This document shows positions 53,497-64,000 of a stretch of 64,000 nt of DNA, in pieces (position 1 is the first letter of the stretch; each line of letters begins with the position of its first letter). The position numbers and the translations under genes were made by a program. The notes below the pieces were generated by a model. That model saw nothing but the letters and a program-made list of their open reading frames with translations. It was not told the origin of the DNA and did no database searches. The stretch comes from Daphnia carinata (Eukaryota): assembly GCF_022539665.2 (NCBI RefSeq), contig NC_081331.1, positions 496,001-560,000 on the forward strand, read 5' to 3'.

Positions 53497-54140
53497 ATGG
53501 ATATGCTCCAAGGACAGGTGCTTGTGAACAAGCAACGACAATCTATTTCAGCTGAAGTAGCTCTTCAGAACAAGGATATTATTTGCTATTACTTTTCAGC
53601 TCACTGGTGGTAAGAGCTAGATATAAATTCTTTTTCTTTGTATTTCATAAGTAAATGTTTTTACCAACACATTTTGCAGTCCTCCTTGTCGTATGTTTAC
53701 TCCAATACTGGCAGATTTCTATAGAGTAAGATTCTTTTCATTAAAGAAAAATTGTTCTTCCCTGCATAGAGGTATCAAAGCTAATCAGTATCTTTGTTTT
53801 ATCTTTGGAACCAAGGACTTGCCTGATGATGGAGTAGAATGCATCTTTATCTCTTCAGATCGCAGTGAAAATGACATGATGCAATACATGCAAGAGTCAC
53901 ATGCTGATTGGCTTGCTACACCATGGGGAAATCAACTTTCAGCGTAAACAAAAAAACTATTTTAGGTATTTACACCACATTTAATTTCTAAACATTTTCA
54001 GGGCTCTAAAAGCAAAGTATAATGTCAGTGGAATTCCTTGCCTTGTTGTGGTTAAGAAAAATGGAACTGTTATCACCAAGGATGGAAGAAGCGATGTTCA
54101 TCGCCTTGGTACCGGTTGTCTTCAACAATGGAGAAAATAG
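53497..54140 (+). CDS. Nucleoredoxin-like thioredoxin (single domain)
   Basis: YYFSAHWC|PPCRMFTP (WCPPC split by an intron), IFISSDRS and YNVSGIPCLVVV; four exons. Confidence 0.9.
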
Positions 54141-55464
54141 TCCCATCAGACTGCAAAAAATAATGTCATCACATACCCTTCTCTCCAACCAATAGCTGTA
54201 TACCAATTTCACTATGTACTATATAAGGAATCGGTATATGCAATCAAATTGTATGTCGACAAACTGTCCCCAGAAATCAAAGCTTTATATTAAAAAGTGT
54301 GTGCTTTACCAATACCAGTGATTACTACTGAACTATTCAACGATATCTAATCTGGTGAGCTACGCACAATCGACAGCATCCATGGTTTTTGAAGACTACC
54401 AGTACACATCGTATATAGAGTCCGAAAATTCATAACCCTTCCCGAATGTAAGTGTTGAGAAATAAAATCCCCTTTCTTTATACCACATCGTTCTTTGTGT
54501 TACAGTATAGTGAGGGCAACTTTTGCGAAAGTATAATAAGTATATATAAAGTATATATAAATACTACTATAAAAATATTTTAAAAACATTAAATTCATGA
54601 TTTTGTTTATTCTCTGAATCAGCATTTCCAACAAGCCATCAGTTCTGAACACTTGTTCTTCTCTGTTTCACATCGGCGCCGAAACAGGGCCAACATTTTC
54701 TTTATCGATCAAATGTCAGGTCAACCAAGACCTTTCCTCCCGGAAAAAAAAGGGAATGGGATGAAAATAAGAAAGAAAGTAGAGATATTGAGAAAGCGAG
54801 ATATTGGGGAAGGTATTTTTCCTGTTTCTTCATGCGATCTGCACGTCGACTGAACGCACTCTTGGTTTCGCGATCCGATGTTTCCTTGCAGGGCAACATT
54901 GGCTTTTGGGAGTAGATCAATCTTGCTTGATTGGTGTTTTGCAAAGCAAGAAATCTTGGATGTTCTAGGTAGCTATTACGCTGTACCAAAAACGAGTAAC
55001 GAGAAAGTTGCAACATGCAAAGAAAACAGTTTCGGTTCACTCAAACATCCCAAAAGGAAATTATAATATCTTGTGCAAGAAACTTGATCCTCCTTAAGTC
55101 AAACGTTTCCTCAATTCTTTTTATTTGAAGGAAAAGAACCGATTCCCGAATGTTTCAACTTCTTCTAAATTAAACTTCTTTTGATGGATGTAAAATAAAA
55201 AACCAAAACCAATAGAAAGGATATGAGGATAGGAAGGTAGAAAGACGAAGGCCAATAGAAAAGATGAACGGGATGTACTGTAGCGGAGAGAAGAGAAAAG
55301 ATAATAAGAAGAGCAGAGGGGAGTCGAAGTCGAACATATCAGAAATTTGAGGATAAATTAAACAAAAAAAAATGTGAACAGGAATTAGACACAAAAGGAT
55401 TTCAAAATAACGATAGTATCACTGCCAATCCCTAACAAATGCAACACCTAGGCAAACGCCAACC

Positions 55465-58400
55465 TCAGAGATCTGTAATCAGAAAAAATGCGAAAAACGG
55501 ACGTCGGATGAGTCTAGTACGAGCTAAGAGTCAATGGATGGATGAGGGATGACTTACTGTCAATTTTGTGTGTCTCTGCCGTTGCTGCTGTTTTGGGAGT
55601 AGGTCTGATGTGACTGAAACCAGGAGGAGGCATGGAGGGGGTAGTGTGGGAGACCGACGGTGGCCAGAAAGAGCCCATGGAATTCAATCCGTCCAGACCG
55701 GATGCGGGTGTGACGTTACTACGGCCAGCTAGCGAAGGCAAAGTGTAGTGAGTTGAATTGGCCAGGCCAAAAAGATTGGAAGGGTTGGAGGGAGGCTGCT
55801 GCTGCGCCGGACTGTTTCCGGTTTCTGTCAACTGTTCCAGCGAACGAAGCCAATGTGGCGGCGAGTCGGATCGTGATTCGGTTATCTGACCACTAGAGAC
55901 GATGGCGGGATCGAGGGAAGTCCAATCGGAAACATTGTTTCTCCAGCCTTTGGTGGCCAGATTGTTTGGTTGTTGAGCCATTTGATGTTGATGCTGTTGA
56001 TGGTGCATCTGCTGTTGTTGTTGACCATTGCCGAGGCCAGATAGTCCCGGAGGAAAGGCACCCATACGACTACTGCTGTTGTTACTGCTGCCGTTACTGC
56101 TAGAAACACCTCCATTACCCATGGAAATGTTCACGTTAGGAAAGAGCGCACGAAGCCCGTCTTGCCAGTCTTTCATGGTTGGTGCCGCATCGCCAATACC
56201 ACTTGTTCCAAGGCCAAGGCTATTGCTCCCGTTGGAATAGGGCATGTTGCTTCCCATTCCACTATTATATCCTACAAACGATGGAACAAATCGTCAAATT
56301 CATTTGAGGGAAAATAACTAAAAATAGCACCACCTTGAGGCTTGTTGTTTGACATATGACTTAGCGAACCATTTTGACCGCCCATGTAACTCATGTTTGA
56401 CGACATGCCACCGCTGCTCATGCCTCCGATTCCTGACATTCCCAAACCTAACGACGGTGACTCGTGATAATGACGGGGACCGTACCCTGTCGAAGGACCA
56501 TTCACACCGCCGTTTGCTGTGCTCTGATTGTTCATAAATGGCAACATTTTACTGGTGCCCATGTCCAGGCGATTCATTGGCCGATTTGAGCTGAGGTTCG
56601 GAAGGCTCAAACCAAAGTGATTGACACCACCTTGATTCACCGACCCAGCGAGATGCTAAAACCAAGCAAAATAAACAAAATGAATACTTCTTTCAGACTA
56701 CAAGGAATAAAAAAACTGAGATTAAAATAATCCGCAGAACCTGAGTCGGATTGAAACCCGGAGGAGGAATTCTTGTACGCGTCGGTTGTGGCTGCGGTGC
56801 TACGCCGACGCCCAGCCCAAGTCCTAACCCTAAAGGACTAAAGCTTGGACTGTGTCGGGCCATTGATGGCGGAACGGGAGGGTTGGAATATAAACTCTGG
56901 ACGGGACCAGAGTAACCCAGATTGCTACAGCCGTTGGTATTGCTGTACGCCGAACCGTTGGGGAGGCTTGAGATGGACTCTTTTTCAAGCATTTCGGCCA
57001 AAGCCTTCTGCGTTTCGTGGAAGGGATCGAATCCTAGGTCGTCGTCAGTGTTCTTTTGCTGATGACTGCTGGGATCTTCCACTGGGGCCACATTGGGAAC
57101 CAGGCGTGAAGACGATGCCAGATCCTGATAACGCAAAAGAAAAAACTGTAATAACGAAAGAGAAGGGTACACGTGTGGCTTACGTTAAACGCCAATTGCC
57201 AATCGGCTGCACTTTGATTAGGGAGTGAAGAGGTAATTGACTCTTCTTCAGCACCATTCGCTAACCAACCTATCCAAATAGTTAAGAGAACAGTTCAATA
57301 AGATTTCAGATAACGTTTCAAGAAGAAAGACTTACAGCCAGCGGGTGATGTGCCATTTGATCGCGCTGTGTAGGCTGGGAGTGGACCAGTTGAGAAGAAG
57401 CTGTGGCTGTTACTACTGTTATTATCGAGAATGGAGTGTGCGAAACTAGAGGAATTGACCGACACTTTATTTCCTGCAGGGTCTAGAAAGGAGGAAAAAT
57501 GTAAAATGTTGACTGAAAAAAAAACGAGCTAAAATGTTTGCACTTACCGAAATCCTCGGCCTCATCTCTTGCTCTATCGATCTCCTCTTCTTCTGCAGCC
57601 ATCGAAGCGCCTTGTTTGAGAATTTCGAACTGATGCTGAATTGAAGGCAAAAAGCCGCTGTCTTGAGAGGATGACGGCGAAGACGAGGATGAAATGGGTG
57701 GTGGTGTAGGATTGGAGGAGGAAGAGAGGGCCGGAGAAAGCGAGGTTGACCTTTGTCGTTCCGGTTTCGTTGGTTGTGTCGGGACAGGAGCAGTCGGATT
57801 TAACACAGGAGGTAACACGGGAGTCACAACTGTTTTCTCTTTTGCCTTGCGATTTGAACCGTTCGTCTTAGCTTGAGGCAAACTAGGTTCCTCCGGTTGA
57901 ACGACGGCCACTGGCAAATTAACTGGGGGTTGCTGTGCTGGCTTTCCTTTGATTTTCCCGCTCTTCTCTTTGGTCAATGGTGGTTCATTCTTGGCAATCG
58001 GCGCGACAACTTTACCTGAAATCAATTGCATCTTTTCAGTTCCATAGGTATCACGCCGAAATAGATAAAACTGCGTGACATTTACCTGAGGTATTAAGGC
58101 TAGAAGAATTGGCCGTGGAACAACCGGGAGGCAGGGAAGGCCAACCGTCTTTAGGTCCACTGTGTGTTGCATTTGAAGCTCCCTCTTTCAATGGAGGCGA
58201 TGCCGACGCTTTCCTGCTTATTATAATAACTCATAGATCAGCAACGTGTGTAACATGCAAAGTCACATCATGAACATTACCGGCCCTCTTTATGGTTTTG
58301 ACAGGGCGACAAGAGTTGCTCATGCAATAGCCTCTCATAGTCCGTATGTTTGCCTTGCTGCATCTCTTCTTTGGTGAAACTAGCTGCATCGTCACCTATT

Positions 58401-59398
58401 TTATTATGCAAATGAATCAGACTCATCGCAGTTCATGGGAGAAAAAAAAAAGATAATTCAACTTACCAATTTCGTGAAGGTACATACAATCTGGTTTAGG
58501 ACACACTTGGTTTTTCATAAAATGTGAACAGTATTTAGTGGTTCCTAAGGACGCCCTTAAAGTTCTACCGTCGACGCTAATATTATTAACCGACTGTATC
58601 GCTCGTAAAGCGTCTTCTCCTCGTATGTAAGTTACATAGGCACTAGCACTTGGCCCCTACAGAAACAGCATAAAGTTTGCATTTAATGGGGGCAAATAAA
58701 TAATGTTTTTCTGTAATACCTGAGAACCTGCATATTGAGTGCTATGATTGATGACTACCTTGTGTATCTTCCCAAGCTTACCAAAGTACTCATGCCGTTT
58801 CAAAACCTATGATATAATGTGAACATTTAAGACTGATTATCAGACTGCAATTCAGTAAAATTACCTCTGGGTCAGCTAGTCGTGGAGAGAGTCCAACCAC
58901 AAAAACCAAATTCCTCTGAACCACCCTCACATTAGCAAGATGTTTTCTATTTTCTGTTGCTTTCTGTTTTTTTTGTTGATCTTTCTGACGCTTCTCAGCT
59001 TTGATTCTGTGCATCTCTTGAGTCGAAAGAGGTTTGAAATCAGCTGGATTTTCTGGGTATGCTTTCCGACAAGCAGGGCACAACCCATTTTCATCTGTCC
59101 TTATCCGATGCCAACAAAACCGACATATCTAGTAAACAAAGTATTCCATCAGTGTGGATAGTTGTATGAAGTGTGTTCTATCTCTGTTTTGTTAAACACT
59201 AGTTCATTAGTCTGTTCTAATGCCAATTCCAGATTGTTTCTATGGCAATTCAATTTTTTCACTGTACTGAATAAAGATGCAAAAAATGACCTGGTATCCA
59301 CAAGTGCAAGGGTAGAAGCTAAGGTCATCCATTTCAAGAGGTTCCATACAGAGAGGGCACTCAGAGGATTCTTCTCCACTGTGATTTAGCGAAGACAT
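55465..59398 (-). CDS. CNOT4: CCR4-NOT subunit 4 E3 ligase
   Basis: C4C4 RING CPLCMEPLEMDD..YPCTCGYQ|ICRFCWHRI..CPACRK, RRM (NVRVVQRNLVFVVGL), C3H1 finger, DDDLGFDPF, WQDGLRALFP and DWTSLDPAI. The short last exon is inferred. Confidence 0.93.
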
Positions 59399-61637
59399 TT
59401 TGGTTTTCCAGAAGTAAATGAAGAGATAGCTAAAAGTTATGTCGTAGTTCTGAAGCTGGTCTGAAGCTGGGGCTGCTTTACTGAAAAGTCTGTAAACAAA
59501 AAGAAATAAAAAAATTATAGACTTATGTCAGAACACACAACTTTGTTTTACTGAAGGTCAGTATACAATCTTGCCCTCCAAATGTCTAAATACTAAAAAT
59601 TAGCATAAAACCTGGAACTGTGGCATAATAAAATCAGTATTGTATGATTAATATTAACTATCAGTGTCCTAAACGCCAAAAATTTCGCCATCCAATCTCA
59701 CGGCCCCGACCTAGATACATTCTTGCCCAAAAAGTCACAATCCAAAATAAATCCGTTTGCAGTTGCTACAATGAACTCCTGTTCGGGTGAAGCACATCAA
59801 ATACTTGAACGCGCATAACTATTCCAGTTAAAGAACTCCAATTTCCTTTTCCATTTGCCACACAATGTTTACCTGTAAATGCAGAATATTTAGTGGAAAC
59901 TTCGGTTATACGGGATGTGAGTGCCTCAAAAAAGAAGAGTGACTTCTGCGACTGCGCTGAAAAGGAGCCCGGATGAATGTACTAAACCATAGGATGCTGT
60001 ATCGGCAGGGACATGTTTCTTCTCCAAATCCTATGTTTAGTCCTATATAATTTTTAAGCGACTAGTGAATACGTTTCGTGAAAATAATTGCAGTTCTATT
60101 AATCATTCATATATTGCAATTCAGTGTTTAACGATTTATTTGTAATTTATAGTAAGAGGAATATTGCCCTTCGGGCTTTGAGTGTTAAGCAACACCATCT
60201 TGCTGCAAGTCCTTAAGGCTTTCTATTTAAAGTATGGTAGTCAAATGGTGCGTGTGTAATCTAAAAATAAACACGGCTAAACTTTAAAATAAAGTGACAT
60301 TAATCATTTATTTCACGCCAAAAATTGAAAAGATTGTCAATCGTTTTGAACTCTTTATTGTTAACCATGTAAAGAATAGATACTACAAGATTCATACTAG
60401 TTAAGGAAACATGCATTCTCATCGCATAGTACAGCTCAGGCAATACCTTGTAAATAGTTCCGGGACGGCAGACTGAAGAGGAGCGATTTCCAACTACACT
60501 TATCGAAATCTTCTAGTAGATTGGATGACTAGACTATTGTTGCAAATAATCTGCCTTTAGGGGTATTCATCGAGAAAGCTATTGAAATGAAGGCGAAAAT
60601 ATTTGATGCCTTAAGATGGCGCTAGCTACTGAACATTTGCTGCCTGTCTCTCGGCGTTCTCCTTTGACTGGGGACTGCTAAAGTGCTAATACAACTCACT
60701 TTGTCATAAGTTTCACCTCTAATAAGTAATACATTTATATCTCTGTTTTCCTACTAATAAACCTAATAACGTCGAATAGTATCTCGGGATTATATTAAAC
60801 GCCATGATTTAACGCGAGGGAAAAAAACGAAGCTGGTCTTGATTGGTTTTCCTCGTCTGTTGTGGTTAACTTTATCATACGTTTGTTTGTTTTACAAGCG
60901 CTTACATTGTATAGAAATCAAATACACTGTGTGTGAACTACTGGAGCTAAACTTTCCATTTCTGCCGGACAGGGGACTCAGAAAAAATTTTTTCCATTCG
61001 ATAGACAACACCAAATGTACATGGCATTTCGTTTACTCATGGATGACAACTACACACATGAACATCACAAAGGGAAGAGTTGAGTCCCAGCTGAGACTGA
61101 CCGACTGTTTACAAATGTATAATGTCGGCAAGTAGCCTATCATGACCAGTAAAAAGTATAGCAGGGCAAGGCACCGGATCAGTTTAGCTGCAGTATTAAT
61201 TTGGTAGCAAAGAATAAACACTTAGGAGTCACGTGATACAGGTAATTATCCCCAAACGCTTACATGTATGAAACTTTTTAAGAAATGTATACTCGCAAAT
61301 TTAAACGGAGTATTGTGTGGCGTTAAATTATGGAATGCCAAAGAATCTAACGAAAGATAGGACAGTAATGAAACGTTATGTTAGTGGCGCACTCGTAAAG
61401 TACAATTTCGGCGGAAATGTTTAATGCTGTGTTGCCACTACTTTGAAAAAGCATACGGGACAACGGCTCAACTTTTGAGACCTTTGCTCCTCCCCTTTTC
61501 CCTCTTTTTCGGCTATGAATTTGTAGAAACTATAGCACCGTATTTACCTTGATTACAGGTATCTTAAACACAACCTGACTTTCATTCCAGCTTGAATGAT
61601 GGCGGGCTGTACTAGGGCGTGCCGTCTGAAGATTGAA

Positions 61638-64000
61638 ATGCTGTTTACTTTTATATCGTGTTTTGTATTCATCAGCATTCAAGGTAATTTTCGCTTAATT
61701 TTTATAACTTAAAGAGTTTTCAAGGCAACATATTAGGTAAAGAAATGTTTGATACCTAATGATAGGAAGAGCATAACCAAGTTGTAATCTAATGGCCTGT
61801 GGTAGGATCTGTGCACAATTATTAGTGAAAATTGATCACATGTTCAGAGTTATCCAGTGCTTGATAATACTACATTATAATTGACAATTTAAAATTAATG
61901 CCGTTGTTCTGGCAGGTGTTGCATCCAAAGACTGTGACATTCCATTTGTTGTGAGAGGAACATGGTTTTACCGAGAGAATGGTGAATACTTCACTACTGA
62001 AATCAATGGGGATTCCATGACTGGAAGAGGAAATTGTCTTTCTTCCCATCATTCACATCATGTCAACTACACATTTGTCTTTTATGATGTACAAACAACT
62101 TGTTATCATTGTGTCAAATTTTTTGTCAGAACAGTCAACATCCTTGACAAAATTGAATGTGAGTTGCAATCATTCAACACACTGTAAACATATTATATTT
62201 TACAAATTTCTTCTATTATATTTATTGTTTACAGCTGGATGCAAAACACTCAGGGACAAATCTCCATCTTTGAATTCAATATGTGAAGGAATCAATCCTG
62301 ATCAGCAGCTCATTACACTCTATGCTGAAAATTTTGTGCCAGTCAATTGCAGATCAGGTTTAGAAGGTGTCTGGCAATTTGCATATCAAAATCGATTCCG
62401 TTTTACTGGAGAATGCAATCATCCTGGCAATGTTATTCAGTCTTGCCAGACACCTGGATCCCAGTTCTTGATTACTAATCAGAAGTTCACCATAAGCTAC
62501 AGGAAATGTGATGGGATGAGTGAATCTTTGGATGGGAGTAAGTAGCGTTTTCATTGGGTTTAGTCGTTGTAAAAGGTATGTTTATTAATTTCCACTGTTT
62601 TTAGCTGTTGAATTTAGCTGTTTAGGAGATTGGTTTGTTGGAAAAAATCATTATTTTGCTGTAGCCAATACTAAGGAATCACGAAAGGATGAGAAATTCC
62701 GTTGCTTTTTGAAAAATCGTGACGATGACGAATATATGGGGAAATCTATCACACCAGAATGTAATACTTTAAAATCACCTGAAGACAGTCCTGAGCGTTA
62801 TCGCATGACTCCTGGTATGTTATTAGGTGTAGATTTCCAAACAAATTTGATCTAATCTTCGGCTTGAACGTGCAGTCAAATCGGAAACTGTTACTCCCGG
62901 TTGTAATCTTCCTTTAAATTTTTCCGGACATTGGATCAACACGGCCAATATTGACGCTGATGTTTATATTAATCAAACTCACATTGTGGAGACATGGCAC
63001 CCAGATATCGGAAGGTCTCGTAAAACCGTGTACGTCTGCAAAGAGTCACGTGATTCAAGGATTCTTCTTACTCGTCTCAACGTGGATGGATGGTAACAAC
63101 TGTTGTAACATAGTTTCTGCAGTTCAATCACACGCGTTATTAATGTTTCAGTCAAAAAGACTACATCTGCTTCGACATCGTACCTCGACACCATAACATT
63201 ATCCGATATCGAAAAGGACTTGCCATGATTAAAGATGACTTTCACACTGTCTGCTCTTGGACACAATTTCCTGCTAAGAATGCCTGGAAATATGATCTAT
63301 TATTAGGTATGTAATCAGTTTGGTTAAACAATCGAGTACTTGGAACAAATTTTTTAAAAATTTTATTTACCATATTAAAATTAAATTGCACGAATTTTCT
63401 GAGGAGTTGTCGCCAGAGGGTCGTGAATTTGACATCAACTTTGTATGTAAAATGTAACACTTTTTGTCCAAACGGCAGCCAAAGAGCCGGTGCCTATTCG
63501 CTGTCCCGTGGCTGGCATGTTCCGTTTTCAGCAAAATGGCGACATCAAGTTTAAGACCCGTATTTTAGGCGGAGTAACGGATTCCCCTCGTCCGGAAATC
63601 CACTGCATGGACTCGGTGTCCTCGTTTCAAGTCTGTGATTCTGGACAGAAAGAGATGGTTATTGATGCAGAATTTTGCCTCTCCACCGACACTTATGGAC
63701 GCCCTGTTGACATCTATAGTACTTAATTGCCGACATTATTCTTTTCTCTTTCCTCAGTCACCGTTTCCCTCTTCGTACTAATGGCATTGGCCATATTACT
63801 TGTTTATAGGTCTCTGAAGTGATGGTTTCGCGCAGCTATACTCCTACAAATCTCATTCGATAAATAATGTTGTACAAATGTTTATACTCAGAGTGGTGTT
63901 CTGCCGCATGGATTTGTTAAGTAATGTCTTCTGGTTTATCAAATAGCCCGGGATCCAGTTCCTATTCGTTGTCCAGTGGCCGGGAAATTCAAATTCACGC
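61638..64000 (+). CDS. Uncharacterised secreted/extracellular Cys-rich repeat-domain protein, 3' end outside the window
   Basis: Signal-like exon 1, then in-frame exons with CDIP..RGTW, CRSGLEGVWQFAY, CLGDW, KFRCF, CNLP..FSGHW and CPVAG.F.F. Confidence 0.75.

Overview
Eukaryotic genomic DNA with compact genes and ~60-70 nt GT-AG introns; gene content and style suggest a branchiopod crustacean such as Daphnia (inference). The housekeeping and developmental backbone is AGL (5'-truncated), NUP160, UBE2L3, RPA1, ANKMY2, a Dorsocross-like T-box gene, SWAP/su(wa), HYOU1, a nucleoredoxin-like gene, CNOT4 and an uncharacterised Cys-rich secreted protein. The interval ~10.1-28.8 kb is a rearranged accessory island. 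It holds a divergent Sar1 pseudogene folded into a ~2.9 kb near-perfect palindrome (candidate hairpin-RNA source) with a solo LTR in its first intron, and an inverted copy of UBE2L3 exon 1. It also holds a partial NUP160 duplicate with a decayed 5' half but a near-identical 3' half, and a small secreted prepro-peptide resembling an antimicrobial/cytolytic peptide. Further along are a divergent Sec23 with a frameshift and its Sar1-GAP arginine finger changed to His, a TATA/Inr-driven ~200 nt G:U-rich hairpin RNA candidate, and an intronless orphan ORF. Gene spans run from start to stop codon and include introns. All calls were made by eye; no searches were run.
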